Assembly: GCF_963921235.1 (NCBI RefSeq)
Contig: NC_086109.1
Location: forward strand, 13,766,001 to 13,830,000
Source of the DNA: Mobula hypostoma
Taxonomy: Eukaryota
Direction: 5' to 3'
Length of the DNA stretch: 64,000 nt
Under the pieces are notes generated by a model, which did no database searches, had not been told where the DNA came from, and saw only the letters and a list, made by a program, of their open reading frames with translations. Positions 11,829 to 23,450 of the stretch are shown one piece after another (position 1 is the stretch's first letter; the number at the start of each line of letters is the position of its first letter). Position numbers and translations under genes: made by a program.

Positions 11829-13985
11829 TTGATTGGAGAAAGGCTAACTTTGAGGAGATGCGAAAGGATTTAGGAGTGGATTGGGAAAATTTGTTTTATG
11901 GGAAGGATGTAACAGAGAAATAGAGGTTACTTAATGGTGAAATTTTGAGGATTCAGAATCTTTATGTTCCTGTTAGGTTGAAAGGAAAGGTTAAAAGTTT
12001 GAGAGAGCCATGGTTTTCAAGAGATATTAGAAACTTGATTCAGAAAAAGAGGGGGATCTTCAATAAATATAGGCAGCTTGGAGTTAATGAGGTACTCGAG
12101 GAATATAAAGAATGTAAAAAGAATCTTAAGAAAGAAATTAGAAAAGCTAAAAGAAGATACAAGGCTACTTTGGCAAGTAAGGTGAAAATAAATCCAAAGG
12201 GTTTCTACAGTTATGTTAGTGGCAAAAGGATAGTGAGGGATAAAATTGGTCCCTTGGAGAATCAGAGTGGATGGCTATGTGCGGAGCCAAAAGAGATAGG
12301 GGAGATTTTGAACAATTTCTTTTCTTCAGTATTCACTAAGGAAAAGGATATTGAATTGTGTAAGGTAAAGGAAATAAGTAGGGTAGTTATGGAAAGTATG
12401 ACAATTAAAGAAGAGGAAGTACAAGCACTTTTAAGGAATATAAAAGTGCATAAGTCTCCGGGTCCGGACAAGATATTCCCTAGGACTTTGAGGGAAGTTA
12501 GTGTAGAAATAGCAGGGGCTCTGACAGAAATATTTCAAATGTCATTAGAAACGGGGATGGTGCCAGAGGATTGGCGTATTGCTCATGTGGTTCCATTGTT
12601 TAAAAAGGGTTCTAAGAGTAAAGCTGGCAATTATCGGCCTGTGAGTTTGACGTCAGTAGTGGATAAATTGATGGAAAGTATTCTTAGAGATGGTATATAT
12701 AATTTTCTGGATAGACAGGGTCTGATTAGGAATAGTCAACATGGATTTGTACGTGGATGGTCATGCTTGACAAATCTTATTGAATTTTTTGATGAGGTTA
12801 CTAAGAAAGTTGACAAGGGTAAAACAGTGGATGTTGTCTATATGGACTTCAGTAAAGCCTTTGACAAGATTCCACATGGAAGGTTAGTTAGGAAGGTTCA
12901 ATTGTTAGGTATTAATATGGAAGTAGTAAAATGGATTCAGCAGTGGGAGACGCCAGAAAGTAGTGGTGGATAACTGTGTGTCAAATTGGAGGATGGTGTG
13001 TAGCGGTGTGCCTCAGGGATCTGTACTGGGTCCAATGTTGTTTGTCATATATATTAATGATCTGGATGATGGGGTGGTAAATTGGATTAGTAAGTATGTA
13101 GATGATACTAAGATAGGTGTTGTTGTGGATGATGAGGTAGGTTTTCAAAACTTGTAGAGAGATTTAGGATAGTTAGGAGAGTGGGCTGAAAGATGGCAGA
13201 TGGAGTTTAATGCTGAAAAATGTGAGGTGCTACATTTTGGTAGAACTAATCAAAATAGGACATACATGGTAAATGGTAGGGCATTAAAGAATGCTTTAGA
13301 ACAGAGGGATCTAGGAATAAGGGTGGATAGTTCCTTGAAGATGGAATCTCATGTGGATAGGGTGGTGAAGAAAGCTTTTGGCTTGCTGACCTTTATTAAT
13401 CAGAGCATTGGGATGTAATGTTGAATTTGTATAAGGCATTGGTAAGGCCAAATCTGGAGTATTGTGTACAGTTCTGGTCACTGAGTTATAAGAAAGATGT
13501 CAATAAAATTGAAAGAGTACAGAGGAGGTTTACTAAATGGTTGTCTGGGTTTCATCTCCTAAGTTACAGAGAAAGGTTGAACAAGTTAGATCTTTATTCT
13601 TTGGAGCTTAGAAGGTTGAGGGGGGACTTGATAGAGGTGTTTAAAATTATGAGGGGGATTGATAGAGTTGACATGGTTAGACTTTTTCCATTGAGAGTGG
13701 GGAAGATTCAAACAAGAGGACATGAGATGAGAGTTAAAGGGCAAAAGTTTAGGGGTAACGAGGGGGAGCTTCTTTACTCAGAGAGTGGTAGCTGTGTGGA
13801 ACGAGCTTCCAGCAGAAGTGGTTGATGTTGTCATTTAAAGTTAAGTTGGATAGATATATGGACAGGAAAGGAATGGAGGGTTATGGGCTGAGTGCAGGTC
13901 GGTGGGACTAGGTGAGAGTAGCGTTCGGCACGGACTAGAAGGGCCAAGATGGCCTGTTTCCGTGCTATAATTGTTATATGGTTAT
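11829..13985 (+). mobile_element. CR1 LINE ORF2 (RT), 5'-truncated, with frameshifts
   Basis: [57 protein letters not shown]1 3' UTR. Inserted in a Penelope pLTR fragment (cagcactttt|ttttgtg). Confidence 0.95.
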
Positions 13986-14129
13986 TTTGTGGATGTTGTC
14001 TGTGCTAATCAGCTGTCTTTGCCCCCCTATTGACTGCTGAGCTCCAGAGTCTTCAACAGTAATTGCTCTACCTCTGTTCACATCGGTGCTATGGTGAGAT
14101 TTAAACTCACTTACAGTCTTCAACCTAGA

Positions 14130-14330
14130 TGGGTTGGCACTGTGGCATAGTGGTTAGCTTAATGCCACAATGCTGTTACAATAACTGTAACCCAAGCTCA
14201 ATACCCACCACTGTCTGTAAGGAGCTTGTATGTTCTCACTGTGACCACACATGTTTCCTCCCAAATTCCAAAGACATATGCATTAATTGGCTACATGGGT
14301 GTAACTGGAGGGCGCAGGCTCATTGAGCTG
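14130..14330 (+). mobile_element. HE1-like V-SINE
   Basis: tggcatagtggttagc A-box-like head; gtttcctcccaaattccaaagac. Confidence 0.65.
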
Positions 14331-14337
14331 TAACACC

Positions 14338-14660
14338 ACCATCATCGTTACGTGCCTCATCGTATGACGTGGGCAATCGTGTTCTTGGCAAATTTTTCTA
14401 CAGTAATGTTTTACTATAGCCTTCTTCACCCATCTTCAAGATGGATGACACCAGCCATTATCAAAACTCTTCAGAGACTGTGTGCCTGGCATCAGTGGTC
14501 GCATAACCAACTGGTTTTCACCAGCTGCTCCCATAACTTCACGTGACCATGATCGAGGGGGCTAGGCAGGTGTTGTACCTTGGCCAATGCTGACCTACAG
14601 TCTAGCAGAGAGAAGGAGCCCCTTACACCTCCTGTGGTAGAGATGTATCTCCACCCCACC
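14338..14660 (-). mobile_element. Unclassified short retroposon; a second copy lies at about 26803-27775
   Basis: The two copies share caagatgg.tga..ccagc.attatc and ctagcagag.gaaggagc.ccttac.cctcct. (CAT)n end. Confidence 0.55.
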
Positions 14661-15341
14661 ACCCAGATGTTGACAACATTGGAACAGTTGACAATGGGAG
14701 TCACAAGCAGAGCAAAGGGGGATCAGAGGGTGCGGAGGACCCCCATCTCCTCCATCTCCGCTGTTTCTCATCACATCTTCACACTTCCGCATAAAGTCAA
14801 AGTCACGCTTATTGTCATACACACAACTACATGTCTACATAGGTGCAGTGAAAAGATACTTACAGCAGCGTCACAGGCACGTGGTATTAGATATACAACA
14901 TTCATAAGAGAAACTTAAATTATACACAGTTTTACAAGGAAGAATACAAACAGAATAAAATAAACAAACCCACAGCTCTGGTGGCTGGGCTGCATGCAAA
15001 TGCCTGGTTATAAGATTGCTGTTTTAACATTGGGCATCCCGAAAAATATTTGCGACCAATTCCCCAACCCGACCCTACAGCCCTCTCCCACCCCTAAACT
15101 CTACCACAGAAACAGAAGCTAGCTCTGGCAGTGAGGAGAATAATTTGAGTTATCTACCAAAGTTCTGTTCCCAGTTTTTTGAATGAAACATCATTTCATT
15201 TACCATTTGCTGAGCCTGGATACCTCTCTGTAATAAGTCATCTAGAAGCCCTGGATCACAGAAAGCTTCTAGATTACTTAATAAGGAGGTGACTCCAGCC
15301 CCATAGTGGGTTCAAGCCCTACATGGATGTTGGAGACCAAG

Positions 15342-15612
15342 TTTATTTACTTACGGAGATACAGCATGGAATAGGCCTTTGTGGCCCTTCAAGCCCCAAT
15401 TAAACCTTAGCCTAATCATGGGGCAATTTACAATAACCAATTAACCTACCTACCAATACATCTTTGGACTGTGGGAGGAAACCAGAGCACCCAGAAGAAG
15501 CCCTCACAGTCACGAGGAGAACGTACAAACTCCTTACAAACAGTGGCAAGAGTTGAACCCGTGTCGCTGGTGTTGTAACGCTTTGCGCTAACCACTACCT
15601 TACCGTGCCGCC
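15342..15612 (-). mobile_element. HE1-like V-SINE
   Basis: tctttggactgtgggaggaaaccagagcaccc; head gggcggcacggtaaggtagtggttagcgc on the minus strand. Confidence 0.8.
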
Positions 15613-16126
15613 CCAAGCTGGTTTGGTGAAGACATGATGGCATCATGTTGCCGTCTTCCGCAGGTTTGCCCAGATTTACAAGCTGCTTCTTCCCCACTGC
15701 TATTTGAACCAATGACCTGCTGCACGTTCTCTTCCCGTTGGCGCTGCCACCTTCTCGGGTGCTTAATTCTACCTCCCTCAATTACTTCATCTTTACTTCT
15801 GGCACTACTTCAGTCTACTGCAGTCATTGTACTATGCCACCGTTTCGCAATCACTTTTATATTTAGTGTTGTACAGTATTTATTAACACAGTACCTTGTA
15901 AACTATTCACTCTGTGAGGTTCACGTGATCAAAGGATTTTATTGCACCTGGTGTGCGTGACAATAAATTAATCTGATTAGATCAATTGCCAACTAACCCC
16001 CAAGTAATGGCCTTCCAAACACAACTTCCAGTGAGCAAATTCTTAGAGTAAAGTTCAAAGAATTTTCACTTTCAGTTTTAGATGTTTCAGCACTGCCTGT
16101 CCAATTAGCCCTGTGTTTGTCTAGAG

Positions 16127-16206
16127 CAGGGCTTCCCAACCCGGGGTCCACGGACCTCTCAGTTAATGGTAGGAATCCATGGCATAAAAAAGGTTGGGAA
16201 CCCCTG
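16127..16206. mobile_element. 80-bp hAT (Charlie-type) MITE
   Basis: TIR CAGGGcTTCCCAAC / GTTGGGAACCCCTG; 8-bp TSD gtctagag / gtctgggg. Confidence 0.75.
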
Positions 16207-17364
16207 GTCTGGGGCCAAAAATCTGCCGGGTTGTTTGTCACTCCAGATTTCAGCATCTGCCATCTCTTGAATCTGCTTTCTTCAGCTGGATTCTGGATTG
16301 CGAGCTGTTGTATCAGCTATTCAGCTCTGATTCTGATTCTGATACTTTTGCTTCTGAGTCAGAGGGTTAAAGGTTCAAGTCCCATCTAGAACCCCGAGCC
16401 AAAGTTGACAATGTCTCTCTCTCTCTCACACCTCTCTAAAATCAATTGGAAAGCAGCAATTTCATCTGAAAACAAGGCTACGTTATATAAAACTAACAGA
16501 ACATTGACAATGTTTTCAATGCATTCCTACTCTCCCTTTCTCCCGCATTAACATTCCACATCCACCATCCCTGCAACGTACGGAAAGCCTGTGGTCACAT
16601 GATGCAATTCCTTAAGCAGTAACGTATCGCTGCATCTTCTTAAGCCCATCACCCCTACTGTGTCATTGGCCGCCAACTGCAGCTCGTCAGAGCGCTCTTG
16701 TCCTGGACCAGTCTTTTAAATTATCTGCAGCGTTAGCCCATCTAATGCAAAGACCCTTCCTCTACCGAAGACGAGGCCTTTCGAGCTTCTGTTTGTGTTT
16801 CTGTTGCTCTTGGTTCCTTAGAGGATGAGGATGCTAACCCCATGTCCATCCCTCCTCCTTTCACAGCTGGGCTTGGAACCGTCCAAGCAGATTTGAATGC
16901 TATATCCCTCCTTGAATATTGAGAATAACAGAGGGAAAATATTTAAAGTAGCATCCGGTCTATATCTGCTTTCCTTGGACACGCATGTTTGCAATCTCAG
17001 CTGTAACTGAAGACTGTTGAGTAACTTAACCCTTTTGAGCTTTGGTATCAACATAACCACAGCCCACTGGTGGTGTTGATACCAACAAGGAAGCACACTC
17101 AATAGATCTCTTGATGCTACCTTACAAGAACTTTTCCCAGCCGACTTTCAAGTAGGATACAAAAAGAGTCAACACAACATGACATAAAAGCAGAACATAG
17201 AAAAACTCTGCTGTTGCTGTGAAAGGGGCTATGTAAATCAACCCTTTCCTTCTTGCGATATCAGAGTTCTGAAATGTTTTCTGAGTAGGCTTGACCAGGC
17301 TCCCATGGTGTGACTAGTCCTGATTTTAAAAGGGCCTAATGAAGCCTGACCTGACCACACAATG

Positions 17365-17790
17365 TACACTCAGAGTCCACTTTATTAGGTACACTGTACA
17401 CCTGCTTGTTAATGCAACTATCTAATCAGCCAATCATGTGGCAGCAGCTCAATGCATAAAAGCATGCAGACATGGTCAAGAGGTTCTGTTGTTGTTCAGA
17501 CCAAACATCAGAATGGGGAAGAAATATGATCTAAGTGTCTTTGACCGTGGAATAATTACTGGTTCCAGAAGGGATGGTTTGAGTGCCTCAGAAACTAGTG
17601 ATCTCCTGGGATTTTCACGCACGACATTCTCCAGAGTTTACAGAGGATGGTGTGAAAAAGTTCTGTGGGTGAAAACACCTTGTTAACAAGTGAGGTCAGA
17701 GGAGAATGGCCAGACTTGTTCAAGCTGACAGGAAGGCGACAGTAACCTAAATAACCTTGTGTTGCAACGAGCACCTCTTTACCTCCACAG
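17365..17790 (+). mobile_element. Tc1-like transposon remnant (left TIR plus transposase N-terminus)
   Basis: TA then cactcagagtccactttattaggtaca; peptide MGKKYDLSVFDRGIITGSRRDGLSASETSDLLGFSRTTFSRVYR (paired-like HTH). Confidence 0.85.
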
Positions 17791-18157
17791 TTACTCTTCA
17801 ATCCACTGAGTTTTTCCAGCTGTTAGTTTTCAGCAAGTCTTTTCCCTAATCTTGAAGCAAGTCTGGTGATCAGTGGCCTTTTTCAGAAGAGAACAGCTGC
17901 ATTTTTTCTCTTGTGGGATTTTGGTTCATGTGATTGGAGATCAAGGACTTACAAGTTTTTTTTTCCAACAGCTGAGTTATGTGGCGAGAGGCCAAGCACG
18001 TTTTGTATTTTAATAAGCAAACTGCTGGAAGAAACTCACAGAGAGTCAGGCAGCATCTATAAAGGAAGAGGGTAGTCAGTATTTTGAGCATGATAGAGAG
18101 TCTCAACCCAGAATGTCAACAGTTCCTTTTCCCCATCAATGGTGCTCGTCATGTTAA

Positions 18158-18712
18158 CTTCAAAGTTGAAAGTTCAAAATAAACTTTATTATCAAAGTAC
18201 ATATACATCTTAATAATATAATCCTGAGATTCATTTTCTTGTAGGCATACTCAACAAATCTATAGAACAGGGACCCATAGCAGGATCAATGAAAGATCAC
18301 TGCGCAAATGTAAATATAAATAAATAATAATAAATAGTGAGAACATGAGATAAAGAGTCTTTGAAAGTGAGACCATTGGTTGTGGGAACATTTCGATGAT
18401 GGGCTAAGTGAAGACGAGTGTAGTTATCCCCTTTTAATTCAAGATCCTGATGGTTGAGGGATAGTAACTGTTATTGAACCTGGCTTGGTGAGTCCTGAGG
18501 CCCTAGTACCTTCAACCTGATGGCAGCAGCGAGAAGAGAGCAAGGCCTGGGTGGTGGGGATCTCTGATGAGGGATGCTGCTTTCCTACGGCAGTGTTTCA
18601 TGTAGATGTGCTCAATGGTTGGGAGAGTTTTACTCATGATATACTGAGTTGAATCCACTATTTCTTGTAGGAGTTTTCCATTCAAAGGCATAGGTATTCC
18701 CAAACCAGCCTG
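18158..18712 (-). mobile_element. Rex1-type LINE 3' end
   Basis: KAASLIRDPHHPGLALFSLLPSG; (TTTGAAC)n tail. Confidence 0.8.
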
Positions 18713-19798
18713 TATTGTTTTCTCTTGAGATATTCTCTATTCCTTTGATTATATGTCAAAATAATGCTTCACATTTTCAGATTTACTTATGACATAGCGG
18801 GAGACCATTCCATCTCTCGAGTCTATGCCAGCTCTCAGAGCTAGCCTATCAGTCCCATTTCTTCTTCCTCTCCTTGTATTCTGGCTGCCCTTTCACGTGC
18901 CCATTAATTGCCGGTTGTCCCCCATTCCCTCTGCCAGACACCTGCAGGAAAGGTCACTTACAGTGGTTAATGAAAATCCCTGCACAAGTCTGAGATGTGG
19001 GGGTGGGGGTGGTGGGGAAGCTGCACCAGCCTGGAGAAAACCCTAGTGATTGCAGTGAGGATGTGAGAACTCCACATAGACAGTGAATGAAAACCAAAAG
19101 ATTGCAGATGCGGGAACCCAAAATAAAAAAAAATTTTTAAAAACTGAATTCTCAGGATTGAAAGGGGCTGCAGAAGGTTGTAAGCTCATCCACCTCCATT
19201 ACAGGCACAACCTTACCCACCATCGAGAGCATCTTCAAAAGGCAGTAACTCAAGAGGGTGGCATCTGTCATTAAAGACTCTCACCACCCAGGGTATGCCC
19301 TCTTATCATTACTATCATCAGGGAACCTGAAGACCCACAATCAACAGCTTCTTCCCCTCCACCGTCAGATTTCCGAACGGACAATAAACCCATGAACACT
19401 ACTTCACTATTCCTGTTTTTCACTATTTATTTTTTATATTGTAACCTACAGTACTTTTCTCTTTGTCTTGCATGGTACTGTCACCACAAGACAATAAATG
19501 TGACAACATTTGTGAATGATAACACTGGACAACAAAGATTTTGCTTCCTGAGCACCTTCAGGTGTATCTTATGAATTTTGGGCTACTGATCATGAAAATC
19601 ACCATGAAATTTCCCCAGCGCACACCATTTTTAAATAAACTTATGTTTATTATTTCAATTCATAATTCAAGTCAATTAAAATGTTGCCTACAATGTAAGC
19701 TGGAAAGTTTCCTATCTTGTCCAGGCACGCTTGGGCATCCTTAGGTGGCGTGGCTGCTGCATGGCAGGACAGGTTTTAGTAATAATTATTGGGTTCAG

Positions 19799-20001
19799 GA
19801 GCCAGCTGGTGGTGTAGTGGCATCAGCGCTGGACTTTGGAGCGAAGGCTCCCGAGTTCGAATCCAGGCGGCTCCCTTGCACGCTTTCCATCCGTGCTGGG
19901 TTGAGCGTTGAGCTAGCAAACTGGGCCTCGTAAAAATAAGAAAGCCTGCTTAAAAAACGCTGTCATGACGGCATCCCGATGACTCCACTCAGAGTCTTCT
20001 C
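19799..20001 (+). mobile_element. tRNA-derived SINE (type A)
   Basis: A box tggtgtagtgg and B box gagttcgaatcc; TSD tattgg(g/a)ttcag at 19787 and 20002. Confidence 0.75.
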
Positions 20002-20660
20002 TATTGGATTCAGGAGTGTAAGGATGGAATTTGCTATCACCAGGCACAAAAATTTCTATGAAGGATTTTGATATTTGAGACAGTTGCTTCCCAAAATAAC
20101 TGATGCTAAGATTAAGGAAAGCATATTTGTTGGTCCACAAATCAAACAAGTCATCAATGACAGGCAATTTGAAGAATTTCTAATGGGACCAGAGAAAATC
20201 ACATGAAAGGCATTCAAGGAAATTGTTGAAATTTTTCTCAGCATCTGCAGAGCAACAAGCTATATGCAGCTGGTTGAAAGCATGCTTCAAGCATATAAAA
20301 CCATGAAATGCAACATGTCGCTAAAGATTCATTTTCTGCATTCCCATTTAGACTTCTTCCCTGCAAATCTTAGTGCTGTTAGTGACGAGCATGTTGAAAG
20401 GTTTCACCAGGACATTGTGGTCATGGAGAAAAGATACCAGGGCAACTGGAATCCATCAATGCTGGTGAATTATTGTTGGACACTTAAGCGAGAAGCCTCA
20501 GACACTGAGTACAAATGAAAATCATTAACAAAATATTTTTGACTTAGTTGAACTGTTGCAACGCATCAGCACCATTATGCAATTAAACATATTATATTCA
20601 ATAAAAGTTAATTTGTAGATTCTCCAAATTCCTACGTGATACAAGTAGTCTGAAATTATA

Positions 20661-20855
20661 GCAACACACATCAAAGTTGCTGGTGAACGCAGCAGGCCAG
20701 GCAGCATCTCTAGGAAGAGGTCAGTCCTGACGAAGGGTCTCGGCCCGAAACGTCAACTGTACCTCCTCCTAGAGATGCTGCCTGGCCTGCTGCGTTCACC
20801 AGCAACTTTTATGTGTGTTGCTTGAATTTCCAGCATCTGCAGAATTCTTTGTGTT
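20661..20855 (+). mobile_element. Palindromic Penelope-like pLTR-derived mini-element
   Basis: 60-bp inverted arms 20661-20720 and 20762-20821 with 2 mismatches; similar to the pLTR downstream of the GIY-YIG ORF at about 29780-29917. Confidence 0.8.
20722..20759 (+). ncRNA. Minimal type-I hammerhead ribozyme motif
   Basis: CAGUC-CUGACGA-A-GGGU[CUCG]GCCC-GAAA-C-GUC^AACUG: intact catalytic core, helix II, and palindromic ACGU helix III. Confidence 0.7.
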
Positions 20856-21094
20856 CATCTTCAAGCAGTCTATGATAAACAAAAAAAAATTCTGAGGAAG
20901 CAACACTTTTGAAAAAATTTATTGTCCAAGGTAGTAAACCTGATTCTAATTTTGATTCTGATTCTCATTCAGAAAATGCTGGGAACGCTCAACGGGTCAA
21001 GCAACATCTGTGGAGAGACAGCATGAGTTGAAATTCCTGATGGATATGAAACATTAATGCAGAGGACTTGTAGAATCTTTTCTGTTTTATCTCA

Positions 21095-21138
<44 letters not shown>

Positions 21139-21145
21139 TACACAC
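21095..21145. repeat. (CA)n microsatellite
   Basis: Directly visible. Confidence 0.95.
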
Positions 21146-21637
21146 TAACCTCTTTATTAATCTCCTCATCTGGAACATCTTAAAGCCCATATGTATCTTT
21201 CTGTAATAAAGATCCAGACAGTTTCCCCTCCTCCAACATTCTTATCTGCCACAACTCCATGTTTCCACACCTTAGATAGGCACATGAATATGCAGAGAAT
21301 GGACGGACTGGACCTTGTGCAATCAGAGGAAATTAAGGGTCATTATCTTAACTGCTCAGCTCAACGTCATGACTATAGGACCTGTTGCTGAGCTGTAATG
21401 TCCCTTATTCTATGTTCTCCCTCCCTCACTTCTTCCATCCCTCCTTGGTCCACCCATCACTTACCCTGTCTTTCCCCTCCCCATCTCCACTTTATAGTAG
21501 CAGTCTTCCCTCTCTACCCTTCACCCAATGCGGAGTCTCAACCTGTAATCTGGACAATTTCCTCTCCCACCACCCCCCCCCATGGTCGCTGCTTATCCTG
21601 TTGGGTTCTTCCAGCAGTTTGTTCCATTGCTCTAGGC

Positions 21638-21716
21638 CAGGGTTCCCCACGTGGGGTCCACAGACCCCTTGGTCAATGGTAGGGGTCCATGGCATATAAG
21701 AGGTTGAGAATCCTTG
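21638..21716. mobile_element. hAT (Charlie-type) MITE, second copy
   Basis: Homologous to 16127-16206; 8-bp TSD ctctaggc / ctctaggt. Confidence 0.75.
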
Positions 21717-23144
21717 CTCTAGGTGTTACCCATGGTCGGGATCGAACTCATGACATTGAACCTGTTAGGTAGCAATGCTAGTCCCTATACCACTGTTTCC
21801 CCTTCATGCCTATAACCACTGTAGACTGTGCATGGTAGCCCTCCATGGTTGCTGTGGCCCGATTCATATGCATTGTTCCTGTCAGTTAGAAGGTTCTGGG
21901 TTAATGCAATGTGAGCAGAGTTCCTAGTACATTACTGAAGGGGTGCAGCTTTGTCAAACAATGCAGCCATAAAGAAGGCAAGAAAGTGGATATATTTCAT
22001 TAGTGGAGTTTGAGGACATGTGGTATGTCACCAAAAGCACTCTCAAATGTCTACAGGTGTACTATGGCATTCTAACTGGCTGCATCACCATTTGGAATGG
22101 GCCGGGGGGTGTGTTGCTACTGCACAGGATCGAAGTAAGCTGCAGAGAGTTGTAAAATTAGTCAGCTCCATCATACGCTCTAGGCTGCGTAGTAGGCTGC
22201 ATAGTTAATAAATTTCACAGCATATGGCAGTGATATTAAATGTGATTCTGTTAATAGACTAGTCTGCTCCCTAGAGTAGACATCACAGAGTCACATGACC
22301 GGTGTTGCCTTGGAGTTATCCACAGTGTCACAGCAAATGACCCTCAATGAACATCACAAACACGTGTCACCTGACTGTTACAGAAGACCGATATAACTCC
22401 GGGTGCTGAAATCTGAAACGCAAACAGAAATGCTGGAAGAACTCAACCAGTTGGGCAGCTTCTGTGGAAAGAGAAACCGGTTAACATTTCATGTTCTCAG
22501 AATCTGTTCTGAGATAATTAAAGCGTTCACTAAGTTTTCTTTCCACGGAAGCTGCCTGTCTGCAACACAGAAAGATGCCTGAGGAATTCAGATAGTCGAT
22601 GTTCTGGGTCAAGACACTTCCTTTGGCCTGACGAAGTACCCTAACTATCCACTTCCCTCCATTGATGTTGCCTGACCCCTTGAGGTCCTCAGGCACCTTT
22701 GCAATGTTCCAGATTCCAGCATCTGACACCTCCTGTGTCTGCACCTAACTGCCTAGCCGGCTGAGTTCTTCCAGCGTTTCAGATTTTATATCTAGTTGAT
22801 ATATTTTTTGTTTGTGGGACCTAGCTGGGCTGCTAAATTACAATAGTAACCTAATTACAAACTAGTGATTCATTGTCCATGAAGCAGTGTTGCATAAAAG
22901 TTGTCAGTGCTGACTGAGTTACACAGTAATGACGTACCTCCTTTGCATTGTAACCGACAGTATGCATTTCAGAAGGGAAAGGCAATGGAATGCTACAGAA
23001 TGGGAGCACATATCTACACCTTTCTCAATATCAAGTTGGTATATCGTCATGTTTGGCATGGGGCCATATAAGGAGTTCTCTAAACCTCTCTCTTCTTCTT
23101 TAAGACTCTGTTTGAAACCTCTCTCATTCTCAAGCTGCTGCTTA

Positions 23145-23450
23145 TCTTTTCCCCACTCTGACCTTTTATTTCTTCTCACCTGCCTATTACTTCCCCCTGG
23201 GTCCCTTTCTCCCACTGTCCACTCCCCTCTCCTCTCCTCCGGCCATTGACCTTCCCCACCCACCTGGCTTCACCTATCACCTTCAGGCTAGCTTCTTTCC
23301 TCCCTCCCCACCGCCTTTTTATTCTGGCGTCTACCGCCTTCCTCTTCTGTCCTGAAGAAGGGTCTCAGCCCATAACATCGACTGTTTACTCTTTTCCATA
23401 GATGCTGCCCGACCTGCTGAGTTCCTCCAGCACTTTTTGTGAGTTGCTCT
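23145..23450 (+). mobile_element. Penelope-like 3' region/pLTR with a mutated hammerhead
   Basis: ctgtcctgaagaagggtctcagcccataacatcgactg, then gatgctgcccgacctgctgagttcctccagca. Confidence 0.75.

Larger units (their letters stand above)
19523..20931 (+). mobile_element. Chapaev3-like (CMC superfamily) DNA transposon, internally deleted
   Basis: Termini CACTGGACAA / TTGTCCAAGG; 3-bp TSD TAA/TAG. Transposase remnant IFVGPQIK...CNMSLKIHFLHSHLDFFPANLSAVSDEHVERFHQDI...MEKRYQG...YCW at about 20060-20518. Confidence 0.8.

Noticed and set aside
19799..19875. Possible tRNA gene (also 59290-59362, 62035-62106, 21725-21795)
   Set aside because: A/B boxes are present but there is no convincing cloverleaf. 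The first three continue into SINE bodies with TSDs; 21725-21795 looks like an isolated decayed SINE head.
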